A stretch of DNA of 64,000 nt, taken from assembly GCF_001194135.2 (NCBI RefSeq), contig NC_068981.1, positions 99,437,319 through 99,501,318 on the forward strand, given 5' to 3'. The notes under the pieces are model-generated. The model searched no databases, was not told the origin of the DNA, and saw nothing but the letters and a program-made list of their open reading frames with translations. Of this stretch, positions 1 to 13,400 are shown piece after piece. A program made the translations under genes and the position numbers. The DNA is from Octopus bimaculoides (lineage: Eukaryota). Position 1 is the stretch's first letter. Each line of letters starts with the position of its first letter.

Positions 1-400
1 ACATTACGATTATAAAGAAATTTGCGGGGAAAATCTTTTCCAAGGGGAGAGGACTTCGGAAAATTCACAAGATCCGAGCTTTTCCTTCATAACTTTTAGG
101 AAAATGAGGGTTTTTTCAATGAAATTTTATAGAAATACCCTTGAAACGGCATACATTACGATTATAAAAATATTTGCGGGGAAAATCTTTTCCAAGGGGG
201 TGGGGAGAGGACTTCGGAAAATTCACAAAATCCGAGTTTTTCCCTCATAACTTTTAGGAAAATGGGTTTTTCTTCAATGAAATTTTATATAAGTACCTTT
301 GAAACAGCATACGACTATGAAGTAATTTGTGGGGAAAATCTTGAGGTGGAAAGAGGACTTTGGGAAAATTCCCAAGATCCGAATTTTTCCTCATTATATT
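1..400. repeat. ~150-160 bp tandem repeat, about 2.6 copies, running off the left edge
   Basis: The unit acattacgattataa...ggggaaaatc...gaggacttcggaaaattcacaa...ttgaaac(g)gcat starts at 1, 153 and, more diverged, at ~311. Confidence 0.9.
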
Positions 401-534
401 CCGAAATCACATTCAACTGTCTACAGATACCCTAGCGTAGTACTACTACTACACTACGTAGTGTTTATTTCTACCCACTTTCAATAATTTTTATGCTTTT
501 TTTAACCCTTCGTCATTATTCACTTGTTATTACT

Positions 535-617
535 TTCTCTCTCTCTCTGTCTATCTATCTATCTGTCTATATATATATCTATATATATATACACAAACAT
601 ACATACATACATTATAT

Positions 618-656
<39 letters not shown>

Positions 657-728
657 TATACACACACACATATATACACATATATATACACACACATATA
701 CACACACACACACATATATATATATACA
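535..728. repeat. Compound (CT)/(TA)/(CA) microsatellite
   Basis: Dinucleotide runs read directly; these explain the spurious ORFs 493..735 and 524..880. Confidence 0.95.
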
Positions 729-879
729 GTTATGAGGAAAAATTTGGATTTTGTGAATTTTCCGAAGTCCTCTCGCCACCCTTTGGAAAAGATTGGTTAA
801 TGTTTACATCTCAAAGATTTCTAAACAATTTGCAAATTATAGCATTGAATTTTTCATCTTTAAATCTATTTTTATTATA

Positions 880-1049
880 GGCAGTGAACTGGAAGAATCG
901 TTACCACACTGGGCTAAATGCTTAGCGGCATTTTGTCCATCTTTACATTCTGAGTTCAAATTCTGCCCAGGCTGACTTTGCCTTTCATCCTTTCGGGGCT
1001 GATTAAACAAGTACCCGAAATTGCTGGCCTTGTGCCAAAATTTGAAATC
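880..1049 (+). mobile_element. SINE, family A (ggcggtgagctggcagaa...tttgcctttcatcctttcggggtcgat...)
   Basis: The core ttctgagttcaaatt...tttgcctttcatcctttcgggg recurs at more than 10 positions in the window on both strands. Confidence 0.8.
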
Positions 1050-1329
1050 ATTATTAATGAAATGCGATGTGTTTATTGTGTGATCGAAAAGCTTAATGAT
1101 GAATTTACTGTTGATGTATTGGTTTGCAATGAACTTACCTTGTCATTAAATTACCAATTATTCGCGAGGAATTTACCCCAAACTCACAAAATATTCAGCG
1201 CGACCTAAAAAAACAACACAAACATCAGTTAGCAAACTATCTCTTTGGTCAAACTATGTAGTACTAAATGCACACAGTTCAATAATTTTCAATTTCCTGA
1301 ATGGAGGATCAATTCTCTCATACATTCTT

Positions 1330-1720
1330 CATAACATTTCCTACCTACACTTCCATTAAATATGCACAACTTCAGTCTCCTGATGCAGCTGAGTGAAACA
1401 CCAGCCTGCCCCCAAAACAACATCCTTAAGTTGCAGCTACAAAAATCCAACCAGTACCCATCTTACCAGGAACATGGAAAGAGCAGCAATTAAAATCATT
1501 GATCACCCTCGACGTGAACATGCTGCATGCATAGATGGCCAAAATATTAGAATTCATATGGCATCTTGGGTGAGTGTCCTCTCCTATACACCCAAGCTGA
1601 CCAAAGCCTTGTGCATGGTGTATGTCTTTGTCTTCACATCACATGATTGTTGTAAACAAGTGTCACTGCTATACAAGCGATGGAGAAAAGGTAAATGTGA
1701 GAGATATATACCAAGATGTC
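1330..1720 (+). mobile_element. Highly decayed CR1/L2-type LINE 3' remnant with an embedded SINE piece
   Basis: ERAAIKIID and HDCCKQVSLLYKRW faintly resemble the CR1/L2 ORF2 C-terminus. 1560-1615 matches the SINE family seen at 61125. Confidence 0.35.
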
Positions 1721-4010
1721 CTATAGTTACTCTATATTTTAATTAAAAAATATATACAACAGTCTCTCAAAAGCTTTCAGATCAAAAATTATTGTCAAAT
1801 TCTAAAAGTTTACAGTGGGCCATTGCATTTTATGATAAACTCTACAAACAAGATTGTATAGTCTGCCAGACCAGTCCTAAATGCTTGGAAAGCAACAAAT
1901 CAGTTTTCTATGTACTTTACAAAAAATCTGTTGGACAGATCTGGGTATCAGCCAACTCTACTCTGTGGATTGTTATGCCACTTTCCCTCCTACTGGTAGC
2001 CCCAATAAAACAGTGTGGTAGACACAATTGAAAGAAATGGAGACAGATCTTTTCTCTGATCGAGTCCTCATTAACTTGTATATCTTGTTGAACAAAAGGT
2101 AAGTGTGGTTGAGTGAGCCTACTCTAAATATACAATTGTAGACACAAAGTAACTGCTAGGAGAGGACATTTACCCATGGTCGTCAAGATGACTAAGAATT
2201 TGTGGAGTTCCTAGATTGGCTAGGCAGGGCATTTGGTCATTAAAAATCTGCCTGTACAAGTCCTGACTCATGCAAGCATGGAAAATGAGTGTTAAAAACA
2301 ATGATGATATCATCATTTTACATTCACTTTCCATACTGATATGAATGTAATGACTGAGATGGGTCAGAAGACTATGTTTCACTCAGATGATTTTTACTTT
2401 AGCATTAGTTTTTTTGGCAGGACACTCTTCCTAACACTGACCACTTTACTGGGTGCATTTTGTTCTAGCAGAAACAATAGAGAAGTTGCCATACCCTTGC
2501 GAGACAGGACAAAACAACCTCATGTTATCTTTGATCCTTTGCTTATCACTTTACAAAGTGTAACAGGTACATTTTATTGTCGCACCAGCACTAATGAGGT
2601 TGCCTTGTACCCTACAAGACAAAAGGCTCCTTACTTTATGTATGATGTTTCTGTTCCAGGCAATGTGACAAATAGATTGGGCTGAGCAGAGTGTGATTGC
2701 AGAAAATGAACCGGAGTGGGAGGGGAAGAAATGAAAGAAAGCAAGAATATGGTGGAGAGATTTTAGAAGAACAGAGAAATGGGAGAAACTGCTGGGAGTG
2801 ATGAAGAGAAATAGTAACAACAGAGAGTTGATAATTGTGAAGGATAGTGACAGACAAAGCAAGTTATAGTTGTTAATAATGAGTGACCTGAGAAAAACAG
2901 AGTGAGGGTTATCAGTATATGAGGGTGAAGTCAAGAGAATGAAGGATATCAATAGTGGTCAGCAGTACAAAGAGAACAATACCATTGGCAGTTACATGTG
3001 TTGGTAGGAGAGAGAGGTGGTTATGTAAGAAACTGGCAATCTTTCTTTGTCTTTCTCTCTGGAATAATGGAAAAGATAATTGAGACAAATGTGGAGAGAG
3101 AGAAGAACAATAGTGATAATGATGGCAGTACAAATTTTGTTATGTCAGACTGTTTCTTCCTCCCTAAGTCCCCTAATTAATAGATAGATACAGAGAGAGG
3201 TTATTCTCCCCAGAAAGATTAGTGTAACTTTTGAGAAATAACAGCCAAATTTGCAAGTCACAACCTAATGTTTATAAGGAGATGGTGGAAAACAGAAAGC
3301 TCAAATGGAGTAGTAATAGTAGCAATCCTTCTTCTCTCTTTCTCTCTCTGGAATTGTGGAACAGAGAATGAGACAAACATGAAGGGAGAGACAAATACAG
3401 CTGGAGAAGAGCAATGAGGATAATGGTGCAGTATGATTGTGTGGTATCAGACTCTGTCTTTAATTCTTCTCTGTTTCTCATTGTAAATGTGGAATAGAGA
3501 GAGATAGAGAAAGAAAGATACATCTGACGAGAGTAGTAGTGATGATTTTTTTCTCTATAACTTAAACTGGAATGTGTTAGAAAAGGTTATATTTACAGCA
3601 TTCATTAACATACCAACATTCATAATGACAATATTGGCAGGGCAGCACGCAGACAGATACATTAGTGTTGGATGAAATGCCAGGCTGTTTTCCTTCTGAC
3701 TCTGTTTTGAGTTAAATCCCATCAGGGTCATCTTTACTTTTCATCCCTCTGGGATTGGTAAAATGAAGTACCAGTCAAATACTAGGGTCAATGGGTTTGA
3801 TTAACTCCATCTAAAAACTGCTGGCCCTGTGCCTAAATCACAAAGTTTCATTACAATACTGGTCTTTAAATTTCAATATGTATTTAGAGGATTTCTAGAG
3901 CCAGTTATCTATCAGTCTACATATATCTATTGATATATGTGGAGGTATAGGTATCTCATTCACATAAGCAGTACATAACCATTCTTAAGTGAATAGCTAT
4001 GTACTTTTTT

Positions 4011-4370
4011 TTGTTGTTGGCACTCCGTCGCTTACGACGTGGAAGGTTCCAGTTGATCTGATCAACGGAACAGCCTGCTCGTGAAATTAACGTGCAAGTG
4101 GCTGAGCACTCCACAGACACGTGTACCCTTAACGTAGTTCTCGGGGATATTCAGCGTGACAGGGCTGACCCTTTGAATTACAGGCACAACAGAAACAGGA
4201 AGTAAGAGTGAGAGAAAGTTGTGGTGAAAGAGTACAGCAGGGTTCGCCACCATCCCCTGCCGGAGCCTCGTGGAGCTTTAAGTGTTTTCACTCAATAAAC
4301 ACTCACAATGCCCGGTCTGGGAATTGAAACCGCAAGTCCACTGCCCTAACCACTGGTCCATTGCGCCTCC
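4011..4370 (-). mobile_element. Full-length tRNA-derived SINE, family B, with (CAA)n tail and 10-bp TSD
   Basis: Reverse complement of the element at 22037-22417. TSD tatgtacttt at 3998-4007 and 4371-4380. Confidence 0.92.
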
Positions 4371-6069
4371 TATGTACTTTATATTGAGTTCTATTTCAAA
4401 ATGAATGCAGCAGGATTTCTCTTCAAAGGATCTAGTGTTTTTCATTACCCAGTAACAAGTACTTATAGTGATTACAGTAGATCCAAATTTAAAAAGACAG
4501 CAGTGATATCTGGTGGGAGGTGGTTATTACAACACTTTCTGTCTTGACATGAAGGCAATGTCAAACTCCCATATTGAGACCTCTTAGGAAACCACTCTAA
4601 GTAGCCAGCTCATTTGCGTGTGCAGACAAAATTCTATTTCAACTATTTATATTAGTCCATCATGCTTATCTATGACATGTTACTAGAATACAGATACTGG
4701 TCTTTTTTCAATACACTGATACTAATAATCTTTGATCCTTTCACTTAAGCTATAATTTGTTTTCCCTGTTTGTGTTATAGTAGTGTCCAAATGCTCCTCA
4801 TAGCACCTTATACCACATTCCTTGTTTTACAATTCATACGCTTGTTAGATTTAAAATCCTGAAGTTACTATCAGTTTAGAGTGTTTTCTTAAGGGTATGA
4901 CCTACTAATTCAGTATTCAATAGTTCTGCTTGTTTTCTCAACTACATGAATTCTGTGTTATGTTTTACTATTTGTGTTAGTTTGCTCCTAGATCTAGCAT
5001 CAGCAAATATTACATCCTGGAACTTGTTGTCATACTGTGAGTCTCTCTTTGAGCATAGTGAGAGTTTTTTCTCTCCACTTTTCCTTTATAATCTATCTCA
5101 GAATTTACTATGTAAATGGGACATACTTCATTCACATTGTCGCTGATAATAGTTTCAAACCTTTTCTTGGCTCTTTTTCACATCTTGCATGTGAAAACCC
5201 ACACTTGCTTTTAGGGATAATGAGAAATGCAATATGTATTTTTCAACCCCACTACTAGGTCTGCTATTAGTATATTTACATTTATGTTCTCCAAATTAGT
5301 GACCACAGATTTCAAATAATGTAAATAGAGGAGCTGTTTTTTGTTGTCTGTAGACTCTAGACATATATCAGTATCTAACAGAGCAGTCAATGGTTAATCT
5401 GATGGATGAAATATGCAACATGTTGCATGTTATTCATTGCACTCTCATCTAATTCCTGAATATTACCTTGTGGGCTGTTTTAATCATAAGCTTTATGTTA
5501 TTTCCAAAGTAAAAGTGCATTACCAAAGTTATGAACCTGACTGTCCAGTACTGTCAGTCATCTATCCCACCATAGTATAAAGAGTTCGACTGTCTCCAGT
5601 GATACTGACATCAATGGCTGTAGCTTTCTTCTTCATAGCGTTTTATTGAAACACAAGATGTTGCTCTTCAGTATCATTTTACTAACACCAACAAGATGTG
5701 CAGTCATACTCCTAATTTGATTATGGTTCACAGGATTTGGGATTAAACAATCCCATCTAATGCTCAATGAGGTACATTCAAGACAATGGTAAGATGTTGA
5801 ATTTGGATCTGGTTAGGCAAATATGTTTGAAAATCATATTTAAGTACATAACCAATCACAGAAGAAATCCCTGGAAAGGCCACAGATGAATTTGATAATT
5901 AATTAATATTAGTTTCAAATTTTGGCACAAAGGCCAGTAATTGTAGGGGCAACAGCTTAGTCAATTACATTGGATTCAGTACTTCATCTTATTTCTCCCA
6001 AAAGGATGGAAGGCAAAATTGGCTGGGGTTGAATTTGAACTCACGACATAAAGAGTCAGAAGAAATGCC

Positions 6070-6299
6070 TTAACTCTTTCAATACCAACCAGGCTGAAAC
6101 CGCCTCTGGCTCTGTAGTACAAATGTCTTGTTTTCATAAGTTTTGAATTAAAATCTTCCACCAAATCTTAGTCACAGTTTATGTTCCTAACACTAACTTA
6201 ATGATAGTGAAGTTATTTTACTAAATTCTTTGTTATATTTAAAATTAATTGAAAAAAACACAGAGCATCTCAAAATAAATATGGTAATGAAAGGGTTAA
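6070..6299. mobile_element. piggyBac-like non-autonomous MITE inserted into a family A SINE
   Basis: TTAA at 6070-6073 and 6296-6299. Termini ctctttca.../...tgaaaggg. The left flank ends in the SINE motif gaaatgcc. Confidence 0.7.
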
Positions 6300-7465
6300 A
6301 GCATTCTTCCCATTACACTTACAATCCTGTTAGCTCATTGCCTTCATTAATTAATTAACAGTAAAAAGTAGTCACTAGAGAGTCATTGATAAGGCTACAT
6401 TTGTGGGTGAAAGACTGTTAGAACAAGTATTCTTGGGGAAAATATTAAACCTGACACAAGTATATTTCCTGTGAGAGAAAATAAATTTATAAATAGCCAT
6501 GTGTTTATGTTTAAAATATTCATATCTTGTACTTAAACCTTTTTCTCTTTATTTTTGTTAGTAACTTCTTTCTTCTCTGTTTGCATTTTCTTTCACTCCT
6601 TGTATCTTTAATTTTTCCTTTCACTTTCCCATTTTTTTTAGTTTCTTTTTATTTTCTTCTCATTTTATTCCTCTTTCAGTTATTTCAGTCTTTCCCTTCA
6701 TCTCATCATTATTTCCTTTTCTTCTATTTTCCATCTTTGCTTTCATCTTTCATCCTATTCCTCTTTTTATTGTTTGTTTTCTTTCATTGTTTCTTCCCAT
6801 TTGTTTTTTTATTCCCTCATCGTCACCAAGTCATTTAAATGACTAAAATGTTCCTGTAATAGCAACCATACCTAATTTTATTTATTTATTTATTTTACAA
6901 AAAGAGCTTTGCTTGAAACATCTGGACACATCTCTTCTTACAGCACACAAACTTTTTTCTTATTGTGAGACTAGTTTGATGTTTATACTTTCATTGAATA
7001 CTTAAATGATAAAGTGATATCAAATGGTTATACCCAAGTCTCAAAAACTTCATTGCTACACTTCAAGAAACCAAGGCATTTTTTACATTACCACTCTGAG
7101 AAAAACATCAGAGAGGTTAGGATTACAGCTTGACTGAATACTGAAGTTAATTTTGCAATCATGAAGTTTTTCTGGGTCTGATCCCATTGCACAGCATCTT
7201 GGCCAAGTGTCATATACCAAGCCTCAGGTTGATCCAAATTTTGTAGATGAACTTGGCTAAATGGACACTGTGTGGAAACTCATTAGATATGCTATTTTTA
7301 ATTCAAAGGCTCAGCTGTATCTTAACTAATTGTGGGTGAGATTTATATTTGGGATACAAGTAGTGTCTTTTTTTTTAATGCATGTTGACTTTCGTTGTTA
7401 GAGTTGTTTAATGTTAACAACCTCACATGAAAATCTAACATGCTTGCATTGTAGAAGAAACTCAG

Positions 7466-7837
7466 GAAAGACTTCCTCCCGTCCCCCCACCTCCACCATT
7501 TTCTTGCAAATTATTGTTTTTTTTTTAAATTTTTTTTTTTTTTCCAAAAACCCACATTTTCGGATTCCGGAATACTGCCAAAAATCGGAATTTTGAAATT
7601 TTTTGACCCACCCTCCCATCTTCATTTTTCCCTTTTTTACATAAGCCTAACCCTAAAATCCCAACCCTAACTCTAACCCTAAAACCCTGACCCTAACCCT
7701 AATTTAAAAATGCCAATTTTTGCCAATTTTTTTGCAGATTCGTATTCTCCGTAGGCAAAAACGGGGGTCTGTGTAGAAAAAAAAAATTAAATAAAAAAAA
7801 AGGGGTGTCTTTGTAGGGGGACAAAAGGAAGTCTTGC
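7466..7837. mobile_element. Non-autonomous TIR element with internal degenerate (CCCTAA)n
   Basis: Left gaaagacttcc (7466-7476) versus right ggaagtcttgc (7827-7837), 10/11 inverted match. CCCTAA-like units at 7646-7702. Homologous to 20629-21166. Confidence 0.75.
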
Positions 7838-7859
7838 TGAAACTCACTGTTCATTAATA

Positions 7860-9430
7860 TTGCTATAGATATTTCCATCAATGTCTCAATGTACACAACG
7901 GTGCCAGCACACTCGGCGGTCAACCTATTGACTGACTGCATAACAGCGTCCGACATCCAATGTTTTGGACTTAGTGCAGCTGATATACATCAACTTTTGT
8001 CCATCATCGTGGACAATACCTACTTCTCTTTCCAGGACCACATATACAAACAGACAACAGGTCTCCCTATGGGATCCAGTCTCTCAGGCCTACTAGCCAT
8101 CACTTATATGAACCATCTGGAACGTCGAGCACTCAACATCTACCGATCATATGGCTTCTTCACCAGGTACGTAGATGACATCCTCATACTCACATCCTCC
8201 CGTGAAGAGGCTGACAGAATATTCATGATGTTCAATAACATGGACATGAACATAAAGTTCACTATAGAACGTCCCAACATCACTGGATCACTATCACTAC
8301 TTGACTTCAAACTTAATATAACGGAAGAAGGGGAGATCTACACCGAGTTCTACAGGAAAGCAGCCAGTAGAGATATGTTTGTCCAATATAATTCAGCACT
8401 TCCACTCGGTGCCCAAATAGGATATGCCAGAAATGAACTTGCACGCATCCAGGGCAAGTGCAGCAGAATGGAGTACAAGGTGACCCACACTACATGCTTC
8501 CTAGATATATTGAAAACCAATGGGTACCCTTGATCCATTGTAAATCAGCTTAAGTACCCAAGACGACTAACACGCTGATCACATAGAAAACCCAGCAACA
8601 CATGCTTCCTTAAAATACCCCATTTTAGTGAGAGGATAACTACAGCCATCTGAAGAGCCATAAGAAGAGAAGGGCTAGACATACAACTAGCCCACTCCAG
8701 CCCCTCTCTGAGAGGACAACTCGCAAAGAAATGAACAAGGGACAACAGTAAATGCACACTAACAAACTGTCCCATCCATGGCACAGATTTATGCCATCAG
8801 GTAAATGTTGTGTATAGAATACAATGTAACAAATGCAACAAGTTCTATGTGGGTAGCACAACAAGACCATTACACATCCACATCAAAGAATATCTGAACA
8901 GGAGAGCCTCCTCTTTCAGAAAACATCTAGACAGATGCCAGAACAACGACAAAAGCATAACAGTCACAATTGAGGCCAATGAAAGAAATTTGGGTAATTT
9001 AAGAATTAAGGAAGCTATACTCATACACAGACTAGGGCCCCAAATTAACAACAGGCTGGAGGTTAGCAATCAATATATTATTTAGCTACATCTGGATATG
9101 TGTAGGTTCATTTTTGATAATATGCTCATCTATTGTTTATAACAAAAAATGAGAAGAGAAAAAGAAAGGAAGCTGCATGTATAATATATAACTTAGAAGC
9201 AGCACTATGGATGTACCAGCATACACGAGATTGAGACATGGCTGACCTCACGCACTTCTCATGAGGAATTCCTGAAGAAGCTTCGTGAGACCACTGCTGT
9301 GATGCTTCTGAAAAAAAAAAATAGCCATTTGAAAACCGATTATAGCAGCGATTCTATCTAAGAATATCTGAAGAAGGAATTTTATTCCGAAATATTATCA
9401 GACTATGGATGACTAAATTACAACAGGTAT
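7860..9430 (+). mobile_element. Penelope-like retroelement, 5'-truncated and degenerate (RT + GIY-YIG endonuclease + 3' region)
   Basis: ORF 7889-8533 has SMYTTVP, YKQTTGLPMGSSLS and RYVDDIL, typical of PLE RT. ORF 8810-9085 has YRIQCNKCNKFYVGSTTR, a GIY-YIG motif with a CxxC insert. Stops lie between the two ORFs. Confidence 0.92.
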
Positions 9431-12179
9431 ATAACCCATTGTTTGTATTATAGTACATTGTTGTACCATTCAAAACTTTTTATTCTTTACAAATGCTAAT
9501 AGTATTATCAAATGTTCTATATGAACATTTGACCTACTTAAAAAAGCAGTTAAATCTCTCCCATATTGCACACTACCATCTATAAAACAAATACATGTTA
9601 AATAATGTAGAGCAAGATATAATGCTATATCTGAATGAAAGACAGGATGGTCATGTCTAGAATGCCTTTGACCATTGATTGACTTGAAGAGGGCTGACTT
9701 GGGACTAAACATTATTCATGACTGATTGGTTTCTGATTAAATACATTTAGTTAATTACACTAAATTAAAGTATATTCTTAATATAGCGATGACTGCATTT
9801 TTTTTCTTATCTTCTCAAGTCTTGCCAACTCACAAGGGATGGTTTCCCAGTTTCATGGTGTATATATTCTGCATTTGGATGGGACATCAATCCATTGCAA
9901 GATTACTCATTTTTGCCAGCTGAGTGGACTGGAGCTATGGGATATGAAGTGTTTTGCTCAAGAACACAACACGTTACCTGGTCCAGGAATTGAAACCACA
10001 ATCTTACAATCATGAATCCAATACCCTAACCACTAAGCCACATCCCAATGACTGACCCTTCTCTGCAGGGCCAGTTGATACTTCAGCTTGCAGCAATTAT
10101 TGGTATTTTGCAAAACACAGGTGAGGTTCACAATGAAATATTCCTCCCACAAACACATGTAAGTTTGTTTTCATGGGAAGAATTCAGTTTTCCTTGCACA
10201 TACTGTTAAAAATTTCTAAACCGCAATACACTATAGATTAACTGATCACAATTATCTCCCAAGGCATTGAATTCCTCTTTTATAGTCATTGAATTAACCT
10301 AATAGTGCTCTATTTTAAAACTAGAAATCTAGTGAGGCTAATTATCACACTTAACTCTTTTACTGTGGAAATGAAATCTAATCATTCTAAATTTCATTAC
10401 TCTTAACTGTGGAAGGCAGTTTTATATACCAATCTATCTTATGATGAGTAACATCACATTTGAAACTATTTTTTGTCGGGATATGTCAAGTTTATTTAGG
10501 TAATGACTTGCAGAGAATACAAATTCTTTTTTTTTTTTTTTTGGTAGATATCTAACATCATTACGGGAATAACCATGAAATTTATTGCGAACATGTACTT
10601 GCATAGCAAGTGACCTGATCTGAGATCGTGTGCTGGAATTAAAACAATTGCAGCGTGGAAGGTGTTTATAAGCCATTTAAAATAACACACAAAAACTGTT
10701 AGATTCACTTCAACATTTAAATTTAATTTGTCAAAATATTTTCGTCGCTTTGAGACCGCGACCTGTTCACTGACAAAATTCTATGCTAATTTCACAGTTA
10801 GAGGGTTAACTACTAATAAATGAAAGCTCACAAATTTAGTCATAACATCTTTCATGTTACTTTATGAGAAAATTAAGTTCTTAAATGGGTGAAAAAGTAC
10901 CATATCATTAGAAGATATCCATGACAAAGAGAGAGAGAGAAAACCAAAAAGACATGGTAAAAAACAGTCCAATCAGATCTCAGGAGACTGGGTCAACACA
11001 AATTTACACAGAGTCAAAATAAGTGATGTTTATGCTTAACAGAAAGCCCATGCAATCCAATTCAACATGAATCACTCCACTCCTTACCAGCAGATAATAA
11101 AACATTGATGAGACTTATAATGATGATAATCTGTCCCACTTATGAAAGTAAGGAAGTTGACTGTTAATAATTAATGAGTGTGCAATTGTTTTTACATGTC
11201 TTGCATACAATACAATTGACTGTGCAGTAATTTAACAGAATATTTCGATTGCTTTGTAGCCTGTAAATTATTCAGGTTATCTTAAAATATTTTTACTCTT
11301 GCTTAAATCATGATTTCCAATTTTACATTTATCATTTCTCCTTTTATTGTCTTCATTATTATTAATATCAACATCGAGAAAAGAAAGTTTCTATGTGGAC
11401 AGAAGACTTGCTAAAAATAGCAGTCACATTTCACTCAATCCTATTCTATTTGTCTTTTAAAAAAAGAGGATGCATTAGACAGTATACTCCTAGACTGACT
11501 ATGCCTGAGAAAAAAGAAATATGAGATGGTCAGGGCTGGAATGCTTTTTATCATAGGTTTGCTGAGTTAAGTCTGACTGGAGACAAAAAACAACTTCACT
11601 ATCACCACCACCATCATCCGCAGCAGCAACACTAACTGAAAGAAGTGATTTGAAATTCTATCCCAATTTGTAAGATATAAGAGGCTGTCCTAAACAAGGC
11701 ATAGATTTGTTAAAAGATTATAGTGATAAATCATTCCAATCTGGTGTTAGCAATAACACAGTTCTGTTCTCTACAGCAATAGTTTATTTCAATGACCACT
11801 TGAAACACATACATATATCTAAGTATGTATGTGTATATTGATGTTGAGTGTGAATATTTACATATGTATAAACACATAGATAGTAAGAATATATTTATAT
11901 ATTCACACATGTACACATACTCTTTCTTAATTTCTAAGCTAGCTGTTTATGACATGAAATATGTTTGTGTTTTCTGTGTCTATTCTTTGCCTTTTCTGCT
12001 CATTTTGTCTTTCTTATCCATACAAAATAAACAAATGAGTAATTAAGTAGATAAAAAAAACAGTCTGTATATTGATGTTTGTTAAAGTATTGGATGCCTT
12101 GCAGTATACATTCTGACTGTTTTTGCTCTGATATCAACTTTGCTTTCATTTTTTTTTGTTGAGATTGATTGATAAAGTA

Positions 12180-12233
12180 TCATTCCAATGTTGGAATTGA
12201 TTCTTCTTCTGTCTCTTTCTCTCTGGCTTGTGC
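12180..12233 (-). CDS. Candidate terminal coding exon of an unidentified gene (AQAREKETEEESIPTLE*)
   Basis: Acceptor ttttgaattacag (AG at 12235-12234), phase 0, TGA at 12182-12180. AATAAA on - near 11783-11789. No homology recognised. Confidence 0.35.
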   Translation of the reverse strand, partial: AQAREKETEEESIPTLE

Positions 12234-13144
12234 CTGTAATTCAAAAGTTAACCAAAATCAAATTGTAACACATTAATTTCATGAGTAAGAATTCAGTTGA
12301 ATGACCTGCTGTATATGTTCAATATAGGCACCAATGGAAAATTCACCCAGTCGTGATTTTGTGTATATGCATTAGGAAGGGCATCCAACAATAAAAACCA
12401 TGCCAAAGCAGACATTGGAATTCAATGCAGTCTTCTGATTGTCGAACTGTCCATTCCATGCCAGCATGGAAGACGGACAGTAAAAGATGATGTATATTTT
12501 TAGTGTGAGTTATCATTGCTGGTGATCATAAACTTAGACAGGGCAACATCAAGACAAGTATGGAGACTATTTTAATGGTACAAAGGAAAGGGGATAAACA
12601 CTCTTGAAATTTTGAGATGCAAATAATTTAAACTATTTACAATGTAAATATCACTAATCACACCTAACACTCAGCTGAGTATGAGAATCATATTGATTTA
12701 GTACTTCAGTAAATAAATAAGACAGTTGATGGGCTGCATGGTGACCTTAACAGTGTAGGTGGCATGAAAAATGCACCCATTCCACGTTGTAAAGTGGTTG
12801 GCATTAGGAGGGGTATTTGGCCATAAAAACCATGCCAAAGCAGACATTGAAGCTCGATGCAGTCCTTGAACACACTGGTTCCTGTCACACTGTCCAGCTG
12901 ATGCCAACAAGGATGTTAAATGATGATGATGATGGTTGTGATCACTAAATTCCTCTAGTAATGTATACCTTAGCATTAATTAGTTATTAATGACGAAGTT
13001 AAAAGACAAGACGGATTTTGGCAAAAGATAAGTAAATGGATGGTTGGGAAATTAAAAGATCTCTATATTAAGGGAAATTTTCAAATAGTAATAACTTGCT
13101 TTGCTTCATGTTCTTGCTTGATGAGGTTGGGGGTCATCCTAGGT

Positions 13145-13400
13145 TAGTGGTCCCAGAGACAGCATGATGCATAAAGCTGATCAGGTCTACCAGTGCTCCC
13201 TATCACTGGTGATTTGGTGCCAGTTCTTCTGCATCCTCCAAGGTGATGTTGAACCTCTGGAGATCTTCTCCAATGTGGTGTGGAGCCTGCCATAAGGCCT
13301 TTTATAGCCCACAACTGCTGTATTAAATAAGAGTAAAGCCCTGGTAGGATGATCAAGTGGGAGATGGAGGACATGTCTGTACCAGCACATGCAACAAATA
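13145..13400. repeat. Interspersed repeat copy, CpG-decayed; paralog of 41700-41950
   Basis: ttagtggtcccagag...tccaaggtgatgttgaacc...gagatcttct aligns by eye with 41703-41830. Confidence 0.8.

Noticed and set aside
493-880. ORFs rich in Y/I/H/T
   Set aside because: These are translations of a dinucleotide microsatellite.
1393-1746. Harbinger transposase-like ACIDGQNIRI
   Set aside because: This is a single weak motif. The region contains a SINE piece and fits a decayed CR1/L2 tail at least as well.
6527-6838. F/L/S-rich membrane-like ORFs (also 2551-3523, 26329-26815, 40432-40857)
   Set aside because: These are low-complexity pyrimidine or purine tracts with no family motif or splice logic.
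7646-9085. Telomere-targeted (Athena-like) retroelement next to CCCTAA repeats
   Set aside because: The PLE encodes a GIY-YIG endonuclease, and the CCCTAA tract belongs to a separate TIR element that also occurs without a PLE at 20.8 kb.
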